Assembly (NCBI GenBank): GCA_965224255.1
Contig: CBDCYO010000005.1
Span: 1,107,168 to 1,171,167, forward strand
Origin: Dehalococcoidia bacterium
Lineage (GTDB): Bacteria > Chloroflexota > Dehalococcoidia > UBA6926
DNA length: 64,000 nt
Reading direction: 5' to 3'
Shown here: piece by piece, positions 39,694-49,261 of the stretch
Layout: every line of letters begins with the position of its first letter
How positions within the stretch are numbered: position 1 is the first letter of the stretch
Notes under the pieces: model-generated
What the model saw: only the letters and a program-made list of their open reading frames with translations
Databases searched by the model: none
What the model was told of the DNA's origin: nothing
Translations under genes and position numbers: made by a program

Positions 39694-40464
39694 CTACGAT
39701 AAGCCGGCGTTCTTCCACTGAGATTCTAGTTGAGGCAGCCGTTCGCTCGCGAATTGTGTGAAACCAAGGACGCGCGGGTGATCTGAGTACCGTTGCTTAA
39801 CGTCGTCCCACACAACCAGATGCAGAGAGTTATCATCGCATATGCCTTTGACGTGCCCAGGTGAAACCTTGTCGTCAGCGGTGACGAGGTAGACGTTCGG
39901 CGCACGCAGTTGCGTTAGCTCGCCTACGACCTCCTGCCAGCGCTCTCGAAGCGTCCGCTTAAGGGAGGCGACGACGCAAACAACATGATTCTTTTCGAAG
40001 GCGGTCTCGCCAGGCAATATAAAGTCGGTGCGGCGCTGCTGGGATTGTCGCACGAATGAGTAACCAGCGTGCTCCAATAGCAACGCGAACTGATCTTCAA
40101 AACTCTTGCCGCCTCGGGACATGCGTCCCTGAGCTACGGACAGGAACGCGCGTCGCAAATCAGGATAAAGAGACTCCAACAGGGCGAAGGCGCCTGCTCT
40201 GAACCCCTCCGTTTCACTGACGTCTGCAGCGTGCGAAACTTGGGCCTGGTTCTCGTTGCTGTTGACGACTTGACTGGCAATTGAACGAGAATAGAATCGT
40301 TCTTCGTACTGCTCGTAGATTGCGAGGGTCTTCTCGCTCAGAGCCCGCAACTGCGCGTCGAAACTTGCGCGGATGGCCTCGGTCCCCTGCGACCCAATGT
40401 TCAACTCTTGCGCAGCTTCACGAACCAGGGCCGTGGACGTTGGGATTTGGGAACGGCTCGTCAT
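39694..40464 (-). CDS. Type II restriction endonuclease (family not assigned)
   Basis: 256-aa ORF overlapping by 4 bp with an upstream co-directional DNA methyltransferase; no match to common metabolic families; GKSFEDQFALLLEHAGY segment; local AT-skew indicates foreign origin. Confidence 0.55.
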   Translation of the reverse strand: MTSRSQIPTSTALVREAAQELNIGSQGTEAIRASFDAQLRALSEKTLAIYEQYEERFYSRSIASQVVNSNENQAQVSHAADVSETEGFRAGAFALLESLYPDLRRAFLSVAQGRMSRGGKSFEDQFALLLEHAGYSFVRQSQQRRTDFILPGETAFEKNHVVCVVASLKRTLRERWQEVVGELTQLRAPNVYLVTADDKVSPGHVKGICDDNSLHLVVWDDVKQRYSDHPRVLGFTQFASERLPQLESQWKNAGLS

Positions 40465-41363
40465 TCACTGGGACTCCGGAAATGTAGAATGTACTCAAAA
40501 GTCGTACCCATCGTTATATAGTTGCTCGGCCATCCGAAAATACCAATACGGTTTACGATATTGGTACGATCCCAAATAATGATGTTCTTGAAGAGGTAGC
40601 CTGCCTCTTGCATGGCCGTTATGACCATGCTGTGCAAGGGAATACGCTCCTCTTTGGCCCACAGGTCATTCACGTTTATGATTGCGTGCCCTCCCGGCTG
40701 GAGAGCAGGTAGAAGGCGTTCAAAGATATCGCCTATCGACCGACTGTAGCTAACGGGGTCAAGAGTTCCGAGGTCACGTTCATCTTGCGAGTACTGCTCT
40801 ACTTTCCCAAACTGGCTATTGCGCCGGTCGCTACTACGCCGGCTCTTATTCGCGCGACGCCGGTTGAGCATATTGGCGTAGGGCGGCGATGTAAAAACGA
40901 GTTTGACCGACTCCGGTTCTAGAAGATGCGAGACGTTTCGGGCGTCCTCGACAAGAGCAACTTGTCGGGTGCTACCTGTGGAAGGCAAGCCGATTCTGCT
41001 GCGGCTCAACTCGACGTACTCCTCGGATAAGTCAACCCCGAGAGCGTTGCGGCCAAGATCGTGGGCGGCAACCAATGTTGTTCCGCTCCCAACAAACGGA
41101 TCGACGACAAGCTCGCCTGCGTGGGTGAACAGTTTGATAACGTGGGTGGCCAGCGCTACAGGGAATGTCGCAGGGTGCAGAGACTTGTCTCGGACATCTT
41201 TGCCGTTGTAGGTGAACCGCCAAACGCCGACTTGGCTCTTCATCCACTCCTTGGCAGTGAGGCAGTTGATGTGATTCGGAGGGCAATCACACAGTCGATC
41301 CGACCCAACACCGATGCCCTCTGCCTGCAGCGCAGGTTGCGCGAACTGTTCCGCTAGTGCCAC
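40461..41363 (-). CDS. N6-adenine/N4-cytosine DNA methyltransferase (beta-class) of a Type II R-M pair
   Basis: SPPY motif (LVFTSPPYANM) and AdoMet motif VVDPFVGSGTTLVAAHDLGRNALGVD; translationally coupled to downstream ORF. Confidence 0.8.
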   Translation of the reverse strand: MALAEQFAQPALQAEGIGVGSDRLCDCPPNHINCLTAKEWMKSQVGVWRFTYNGKDVRDKSLHPATFPVALATHVIKLFTHAGELVVDPFVGSGTTLVAAHDLGRNALGVDLSEEYVELSRSRIGLPSTGSTRQVALVEDARNVSHLLEPESVKLVFTSPPYANMLNRRRANKSRRSSDRRNSQFGKVEQYSQDERDLGTLDPVSYSRSIGDIFERLLPALQPGGHAIINVNDLWAKEERIPLHSMVITAMQEAGYLFKNIIIWDRTNIVNRIGIFGWPSNYITMGTTFEYILHFRSPSE

Positions 41364-41555
41364 GGTGCCACCCCCTATTTAGAACAACTATACCAGTCTT
41401 GAGGGGGGAGTTTCTACACCGGGTGATTGAGCCAAGGCGGAGATTGGTATCGCATGGTCGCCTGGCGTCCCAATGCGGCTCAACAGCAAAGGCTCCCCGA
41501 TGCCGTCTGACGGCATCGGGGAGCCTCACATGTTCAGCTCTGTGCTGTGGCGTGC

Positions 41556-42380
41556 CTAGCTGCCGACCCACTGGGGCTTACGCTTCTCGGTGAAGGCGCG
41601 CGGGCCCTCCGCGGTGTCCTTCGGGGACAGCATGCGCAGTCGGTTGCTGTTCAACGACTGGATCTGCAGCGCCTCTCGCGTGGGCAGATGCAGAGTGCGC
41701 ATGACGTGCTCCTTGGCGACGCGCGTCGCCATTGGCGAGCATTCGGTGACGATCTCGGTCGCCATGGCGACGGCGGTGTCCATAAGCTCCGCCTGTGGGA
41801 CGACCTGACTGACCAATCCCATGCGGTAGCAATCAGGGGCCTTGTAGCGCCGGCCCGTGATGATCAACTCCATGGCGAGGCCGATGGGGATGGCGCGGGA
41901 CATGCGCGTCGTGCCGCTAATGGAGAGTAGCCCACGACGGGGCTCAAGGAGGCCCATCTCTGCGTTTTCAGACATGATGCGGATGTCTGCCCACAACGCC
42001 ATCTCTGAGCCGCCGCCGAAGGCGTAGCCGTTGATGGCGGCGATGACAGGCTTGAACACCTCAATGCTCGGATAGGAATGGAGGCCCTCATTCGGCACCT
42101 GCGGCGGGGGAGGCGGCTCCTGGCCTGCGCCCGCGGCTGCGTCCTGCTGCGCCTGTCGTCGAAGGTCCAGGCCGGTGGAGAACGATCTCTCGCCGGCGCC
42201 TGTCAGGATGAGCACCCACGCATCAGAGTCATCGCGGAACTCGCGTACGTAGCCCAGCATGGCTGCGTTGCCGTCCATTGTCAGAGAGTTCAGCGTCTCT
42301 GGCCGGTTCATGGTGATCAGCCGGACGTGGTCCGCCGGCGTCGAATACATAATCTCAGGCTGCGTGTTTTCCTGGGTCAT
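41556..42380 (-). CDS. enoyl-CoA hydratase/isomerase (crotonase fold)
   Basis: ITMNRPETLNSL...LTGAGERSFSTGLDL...AAINGYAFGGGSEMAL. Confidence 0.85.
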   Translation of the reverse strand: MTQENTQPEIMYSTPADHVRLITMNRPETLNSLTMDGNAAMLGYVREFRDDSDAWVLILTGAGERSFSTGLDLRRQAQQDAAAGAGQEPPPPPQVPNEGLHSYPSIEVFKPVIAAINGYAFGGGSEMALWADIRIMSENAEMGLLEPRRGLLSISGTTRMSRAIPIGLAMELIITGRRYKAPDCYRMGLVSQVVPQAELMDTAVAMATEIVTECSPMATRVAKEHVMRTLHLPTREALQIQSLNSNRLRMLSPKDTAEGPRAFTEKRKPQWVGS

Positions 42381-42673
42381 CTCCTACCTCCCGGTCTGAT
42401 TTGTGCGTCGATACCGCACCGGCGGACGCCGAGCGCAGGGGCGCTGTTCGTTTGAGCCTCAAAGAAGGCGCGCGCCGATATGTCCCCCCACCACGGCGAC
42501 CGTCAGGAAACGGCGCTGAAACTATAGCACGCGCAGGGTGGATTCGTCAGTGGGGGTGGATAGAGGATGGTTCAGTATCGGCATCGACAAAGCTCATTAT
42601 GTTAAGTAGTGCTATATTAGTACAGGTGCGTTCCTTAGTGAGAGGCACCGTCTGGACAAGGGGAGGTGCCAGG

Positions 42674-43273
42674 ATGCGCGCATTGTTTACCATTGCACTG
42701 TGCCTAATGGTCGCTGTTGCGGTGATTGCTTGTGAGAGCAATGAAGAAGAGCCAAATGCCGAACATGAGATGACTGAAGAAGAGTCATCCGACGAACATG
42801 AGGAAGATGACGAGCACGAGGGCATGGAAGGTATGTCTGACATGTCTTCCTCTTCCATGGAGGACGCGGAACACGTCGTCGTGGTTCTGACAGATGTGGG
42901 TGAGATGTACACCATGGCCCCCGAAGTGGAATCTGTTCATGCCGGTCCGGTCACATATGTTGCTAGCAACGAAGGCCTGATTGAGCACGAACTCATTGTG
43001 GTCAAGCTCCTGGATATGAGCCTGGATCTCACGAGCCTACATGTCGTTGAAGGCCAGCTTGTTGAAGTTGAGCAAGGCGACACGGTCTATCTTGCTGACG
43101 CTTCCGGCAACCATTATGGACAGGTCATCGCCTCAACCGGTCACGGCCTGCACCTTGATGCCGGCCATACCGTTGAACTGAATGCCAATATGGAAACAGG
43201 CCACTACATGCTGCTCTGTAACATTGCGACGCACTACCAGCTTGGCATGTGGACTGAGTTTGAGGCTTCGTAG
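42674..43273 (+). CDS. cupredoxin-like (type-1 copper) lipoprotein with acidic His/Met/Glu-rich linker
   Basis: Lipobox IALCLMVAVAVIAC; C-terminal C-x4-H-x4-M (LLCNIATHYQLGM) plus upstream H (GHGLHLD) as in plastocyanin/azurin sites; linker EHEMTEEESSDEHEEDDEHEGMEGMSDMSSSSMED; RBS gggaggtg. Confidence 0.6.
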   Translation: MRALFTIALCLMVAVAVIACESNEEEPNAEHEMTEEESSDEHEEDDEHEGMEGMSDMSSSSMEDAEHVVVVLTDVGEMYTMAPEVESVHAGPVTYVASNEGLIEHELIVVKLLDMSLDLTSLHVVEGQLVEVEQGDTVYLADASGNHYGQVIASTGHGLHLDAGHTVELNANMETGHYMLLCNIATHYQLGMWTEFEAS

Positions 43274-43489
43274 GTCTCACGCCCTTCCGTAGCTCATCGT
43301 TTGCCCTACCACGGCCCTTTCATCCGGGGGGGCCGTGGTAGCTCTTAAGACCAGATCGCTCATCACGAGCACATCCGCCTACAGGTCAGCGCAGTCCGCT
43401 AAGGGGATCCGCGCAACGCCGCTATAATGGCGCAACGGGACAGCACGTTCGGGCGCTATTGACGGCAGCCTGAGCGAGTCCCCGAGGGA

Positions 43490-43777
43490 GTGGTCGGCAT
43501 GGCAACGATTCGGGCGAGATACGAGAAGGGCGTCCTGACGCCACTGGAGCCCCTTGACCTCGAGGAGGGCAAGGGGGTCGTGGTATCAGTGCAGGACGAG
43601 CCCAAGTCTGGCGGCGAGGGTCGCGCCAAGGAGCCCGAGGATACGGGAGAGTCCCTCCTTGAGATGTTTGACAGGCTGCGCAAGTCTGTTCCCCCGGAAG
43701 CATGGGATGGTCTCCCTACGGATCTTGTCAAGAACAAGAAACACTATCTCTACGGCCATCCCAAAGAAGAGGACTGA
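43490..43777 (+). CDS. antitoxin (AF2212/DUF104-like) of a VapBC-type pair
   Basis: MATIRARYEKGVLTPLEPLDLEEGKGVVVSV pattern typical of DUF104 antitoxins; stop overlaps ATG of PIN gene (ATGA). Confidence 0.55.
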   Translation: MVGMATIRARYEKGVLTPLEPLDLEEGKGVVVSVQDEPKSGGEGRAKEPEDTGESLLEMFDRLRKSVPPEAWDGLPTDLVKNKKHYLYGHPKEED

Positions 43778-44196
43778 TGCCAACGCTGTTCGCAGACTCC
43801 GGCTACTGGATTGCGCTCATGTATCCCGGTGATGAGTTGCATGTTCGGGCGAGAACGTTTGCTGCAAGCCTGGGTTCCACACCAATTGTGACCACACAGA
43901 TGTTGTTAGTGGAGGCGCTTAACTTCATGGCGGGCTTGGGCGAATCCCGTCGCAGATTCGCCGCTGAGATGGTTCAAGGCTTACAGGACGATTCCAACGT
44001 TGAGATTATTGAGCAGACAGATTCCCAATTTCGGACCGCGCTCGAACGGTACGCATCTCGTGAGGACCAGACGTGGAGCCTCACAGACTGCGCGAGTTTC
44101 ATCGTCATGGAAGAGCGAGGGCCGTCCGAGGCGCTGGCATACGACCGTGACTTTGAGCAGGCGGGGTTTGTCGCGCTACGACGATCTGTCACCTAA
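43777..44196 (+). CDS. PIN-domain toxin (VapC-like)
   Basis: N-terminal LFADSGYWIAL (D5 acidic residue), ...EQTD..., ...LTDCASF (PIN acidic quartet positions). Confidence 0.65.
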   Translation: MPTLFADSGYWIALMYPGDELHVRARTFAASLGSTPIVTTQMLLVEALNFMAGLGESRRRFAAEMVQGLQDDSNVEIIEQTDSQFRTALERYASREDQTWSLTDCASFIVMEERGPSEALAYDRDFEQAGFVALRRSVT

Positions 44197-44291
44197 ATAT
44201 CGGCGACCATCGCAACCGCGTCCTCTGGCAGACGCTCGGGGTAATCAATGGCCGGCCGCGCGCTTGACAACCCGGCGGGTATCGGTTGGGG

Positions 44292-44654
44292 TCACTCACC
44301 GTTGATGAGCGCGTCAACCTTTTCAATGAATCGTGAGACCTGGGCAAGGCTCTGGCGCACGTCTCTGCTTGCGAATCGACCTTCGTAGAAGTTGGTGTGT
44401 AGACCTCCGGCCTCGTTGAAGAGGGTGCGGAGCGTATCGTCATCCGTCTCTTCTACCAAGCGGCTTACCGCCCCATAAAGCAGACCATGACTGTTGTGAT
44501 CCAGCCCGCGCAGCACCGCGTAAGCCTTGACCAACTGGGCGGCCGCGCCCCAGCCCTTTTCGGAGGCTTGGCGGAGGTCATCGTTAGAGAGTTCAACAAA
44601 GGCCTGATCCAGGAACTTGCGGCCCTGTTCCACGTAGCCGTTGGCGTTCGTCAT
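44292..44654 (-). CDS. HEPN-like four-helix protein (PaREP1/HEPN-like), tentative
   Basis: 120-aa all-helical ORF with motifs SEKGWGAAAQLVKAYAVLRG and HTNFYEGRF; convergent with VapBC; the 60-bp tandem array begins 28 nt upstream of its start. Confidence 0.35.
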   Translation of the reverse strand: MTNANGYVEQGRKFLDQAFVELSNDDLRQASEKGWGAAAQLVKAYAVLRGLDHNSHGLLYGAVSRLVEETDDDTLRTLFNEAGGLHTNFYEGRFASRDVRQSLAQVSRFIEKVDALINGE

Positions 44655-44681
44655 GGCGACAGTATACGCCGGGGTGTTTAG

Positions 44682-45220
44682 CCGGAACGCGGCGCGCGAA
44701 CGACATGGGCACGATACGGCGAGTCGCGACGTTCAGAAAAGCCGGAACGCGGCAAGCGAACGACACGGGCACGGCACGGCGAGTCGCGACGTTCAGAAAA
44801 GCCGGAACGCGGCGCGCGAACGACATGGGCACGATACGGTGAGTCGCGACGTTCAGAAAAGCCGGAACGCGGCAAGCGAACGACATGGGCACGATACGGC
44901 GAGTCGCGACGTTCAGAAAAGCCGGAACGCGGCGCGCGAACGACATGGGCACGGTACGGCGAGTCGCGACGTTCAGAAAAGCCGGAACGCGGCAAGCGAA
45001 CGACATGGGCACGATACGGCGAGTCGCGACGTTCAGAAAAGCCGGAACGCGGCGCGCGAACGACACGGGCACGATACGGCGAGTCGCGACGTTCAGAAAA
45101 GCCGGAACGCGGCAAGCGAACGACATGGGCACGGTACGGCGAGTCGCGACGTTCAGAAAAGCCGGAACGCGGCGCGCGAACGACATGGGCACGATACGGT
45201 GAGTCGCGACGTTTAAAAAG
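44682..45220. repeat. tandem array: 9 x 60 bp (alternating two variants, so 120-bp higher-order period)
   Basis: gccggaacgcggc[gc/aa]gcgaacgaca[t/c]gggcacg[at/gc/gt]acgg[c/t]gagtcgcgacgttcagaaaa repeated head to tail; no unique spacers. Confidence 0.95.
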
Positions 45221-45242
45221 ACCTTAGCAGTTGGATAGTGGG
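45221..45242. other. 3' half of putative pre-16S processing (RNase III) stem; pairs with 46995-47015
   Basis: accttagcagttggatagtggg is the reverse complement of ccactatccaactgttaaggt (one G-U), bracketing the 16S gene. Confidence 0.6.
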
Positions 45243-45452
45243 AGGAAGAGTTCGGTACTTCAGTCCAATGTTGTTTCGTCTTTGTGCGCCGAAGCGCGCA
45301 GCGATCTATGGTGTCCTGTCTCTCATCCGACCGGGGTTCCACCGCCCCGTGAGGGACGGTTCATGCCACGCAGTCACCGAATTTCGAGTCAGGAGAATCG
45401 CTGACCGACCTGGGTGCAATGCGCGCCACATAAAGCGACGCGATTGACTCCC

Positions 45453-46970
<1,518 letters not shown>

Positions 46971-46994
46971 GAACGGAAGACCTCTGTCTTCCTA

Positions 46995-47015
46995 CCACTA
47001 TCCAACTGTTAAGGT
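46995..47015. other. 5' half of putative pre-16S processing stem
   Basis: see 45221-45242. Confidence 0.6.
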
Positions 47016-47122
47016 GCATGCACCCTCCCCTGAGGAAGGACGCACCGCTCAGACTATGCCCCGCGCAGTACGTTGTCAACCCTGAGGACGCGCTCATTAC
47101 GCCGTCAATGGGGCGCGGGACA

Positions 47123-47309
47123 ATGGGTATCGCCCCACAATGTGAGACCCTCACGGCGCATTCAGAGAGATGGTGTCGTGTCGGTCCATTTGACAGTGGG
47201 GACAGGGCGTGTATCATTCGCGGTCAGAACGGGCGCTGGTACATCCGAGGCGCGCCCCCTCACGTAAGGTGAATGGAGGGGTGTCATGAACCGGTCAGCT
47301 ATCCGAATC
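47123..47309. repeat. 187-bp leader copy 1 (direct repeat of 48998-49178): promoter + structured 5'UTR + first 8 codons
   Basis: Near-identical to second copy (about ten mismatches on reading). Confidence 0.9.
47179..47207 (+). promoter_or_regulatory. sigma70-like promoter TTGACA-17-TATCAT inside leader copy 1
   Basis: Consensus -35 and near-consensus -10 hexamers with 17-nt spacer; followed by GC stem gggcgc...gcgccc and a hairpin cccctc...gagggg that would sequester the GGAGG RBS. Confidence 0.5.
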
Positions 47310-48041
47310 TTCATCATCGCCAGCATTCTTGCTGTTCTCGCTATCCTGCCGGGGTCGGCGTCCGCGGCTGAACTGGAGGCCACTGCCCCCACCGCGCCAC
47401 CTGTCATTGATGCTCCGACTTACATGATCACAACGCCGGCCGGCAGCATGTCGAAATTGCGAGCAGGGGCGGTCATCAGCCATGGCGTAAGGCTTTCTGA
47501 TGGGAGTTGTAGTAATGGCGAGATAGCCGTTGAAATTTCAAACCGAGGGGCACATGAAGGAGTTGTGTCCATGAGTGTAGACGCGCACTGCAACGTGCGT
47601 CTTGATGATCTCTCGTGGAGGCGTGTTCAGGTGCCAGCTGCTCCGTCTGTGGCTGCGGCTAGTCAGAACAAGAGGTCCGCGTCCACTAAGTCAGAACTCA
47701 ACGACGAAGTAGGGATGGACTTATTGGTCGCATTGGCCGAGATAGAGTATTCCGACGATGGGTTCGAGTTGGACGATGGTGAATTCGATTACGACTGTCG
47801 CGTCCATTGTCCATGGTGGCAATTGGCTGACTGTGATGACGGTAGTACCGTGCATGGCTCAGACCGGATGTGGGGATGGACTCGCGTAGACGGCAAGGCT
47901 TTTCCTGAATCGCGTTGGACTGGCACGACGCATGGCAAAGCAAAGGTCTGGGTCTGGCCTGATGAACATACGAACCACAGGTGCTACAACGGACGGACAC
48001 GTGTCGCCACGCACTGGCGGTGCCGATACGGTAGCTCCTGA
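47286..48041 (+). CDS. secreted Cys/Trp-rich protein (toxin/bacteriocin-like candidate), no family assigned
   Basis: Signal peptide MNRSAIRIFIIASILAVLAILPGSASA; C-terminal region rich in C, W, H (CRVHCPWWQLADCDDGS...WVWPDEHTNHRCYNG...WRCRYG). Confidence 0.55.
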   Translation: MNRSAIRIFIIASILAVLAILPGSASAAELEATAPTAPPVIDAPTYMITTPAGSMSKLRAGAVISHGVRLSDGSCSNGEIAVEISNRGAHEGVVSMSVDAHCNVRLDDLSWRRVQVPAAPSVAAASQNKRSASTKSELNDEVGMDLLVALAEIEYSDDGFELDDGEFDYDCRVHCPWWQLADCDDGSTVHGSDRMWGWTRVDGKAFPESRWTGTTHGKAKVWVWPDEHTNHRCYNGRTRVATHWRCRYGSS

Positions 48042-48077
48042 CTGGTCGCTCTGGCGGTACGCGGGAGGACTAAGGCG

Positions 48078-48986
48078 ATGGGCGGCTACAGACTCGGGCC
48101 CCTAGGCCTGGTGGGCTGCGTGGGCGCAGCCGTGATTGTCGCCAGCGGGGTGACGTGGCTCTTTGTGGAGGGGCTGCAGCTCTTCTGGGAGGATCTGGGA
48201 TTCTTCGCATTCCTGCTCATCGCCGTGCGGATCGTGGCGCTATGTATGATGCCCATTGGGCTTGTCATTGGCATCCGCGCGGTGGTTCGGGCTATGACAT
48301 CACGACTCCATGCCAGCGCATTGAACAATGCCATTACGTTCTATGCCATCGCTGTCGCATATGCGACGTTTGGGATGATGCTGCCGATGGTTGGCGTGGC
48401 GTACCTTGAGCCCGCCGTCTATCTTTCTATCGCCCTGCTCTTACTCATCGCGGTGCGTGTCGGGACGTTGTCGGGTCGCGACAAGAGCATGGCCGGTTCG
48501 CAAATCAACCTGTCACTACCCGATACTCGCCGCGCAGGTGGGCTGACGCTGCTGACCGCCGCCGCACTTCTTGGCGTCGCCATGATGTATGGGTGGTTCG
48601 CGCTCAGGGGCGATTTGGTGGAGTGCTTTGGCGCCGGGAATTGCTCGACTGACGTGACCTTTGGGGTGCTGGCGGCAATGACCACGGCCGGAATCTTGAC
48701 GGCGGGTGTTGTTCTGTGGAGTCTACACGCACCTGCCCGGGTGACACGGCTCGGCGTCATCGCCACGACAATGTATGCCTGTCTTGCCCTCATCGGGTTT
48801 GGGGCGCCGCTCTCGACTCTGGTGCCATATGACTTCGTCGCAGTGGCAGTCTGGCATGCCATCGCCAGCCTTGCACTCCTGGTCTGCCAGTCCAGTTTTG
48901 AAGACGATCCGTGGCCCCTTCCAACTCACCTGGTGATGGAACCGTGGAGCCCGCCAACGTTCGCGCCACGTCAAGAAACGGCCTAG
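48078..48986 (+). CDS. polytopic membrane protein (partner/immunity-like candidate)
   Basis: ~8 predicted TM segments; paralog of 49262-50111. Confidence 0.55.
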   Translation: MGGYRLGPLGLVGCVGAAVIVASGVTWLFVEGLQLFWEDLGFFAFLLIAVRIVALCMMPIGLVIGIRAVVRAMTSRLHASALNNAITFYAIAVAYATFGMMLPMVGVAYLEPAVYLSIALLLLIAVRVGTLSGRDKSMAGSQINLSLPDTRRAGGLTLLTAAALLGVAMMYGWFALRGDLVECFGAGNCSTDVTFGVLAAMTTAGILTAGVVLWSLHAPARVTRLGVIATTMYACLALIGFGAPLSTLVPYDFVAVAVWHAIASLALLVCQSSFEDDPWPLPTHLVMEPWSPPTFAPRQETA

Positions 48987-48997
48987 CTCTCCGGCCG

Positions 48998-49178
48998 GGT
49001 ATCGCCGCACAACGTGAACCCCACGGCGCATTCAGAGAAATGGTGTGGTGTCGGTCGATTTGACAGTGGGACAGGGCGTGTACCATTCGCGGTCAGAACG
49101 GGCGCTGGTACATCCGAGGCGCGCCCCCTCACGTAAGGTGAATGGAGGGGTGTCATGAACCGGTCAGCCATCCGAATC
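48998..49178. repeat. 187-bp leader copy 2 (promoter TTGACA-16-TACCAT at 49059-49086); its downstream secreted-protein ORF is reduced to 24 codons
   Basis: atgaaccggtcagccatccgaatc then divergence and stop. Confidence 0.9.
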
Positions 49179-49261
49179 AGTTTCCACCGTGGCACTCATT
49201 GGAAGTGCAGAACCGGCGGCAACTGACCGCTGTGAGATTTGCCTGGTGACGCGGTGATGCC

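Noticed and set aside
44682-45220. CRISPR array
   Set aside because: The whole 60-bp unit repeats with no unique spacers between copies. No cas genes are nearby.
44593-45342. 249-aa and 191-aa repeat proteins (FLNVATRRIVPMSFARRVPA x9 and RNAARERHGHDTASRDVQKS x9)
   Set aside because: These are ORFs produced in every frame because the tandem period (60) is a multiple of three. The 5' end of the minus ORF lies inside the 16S trailer. The near-identity of DNA units fits a non-coding array better. Not fully excluded.
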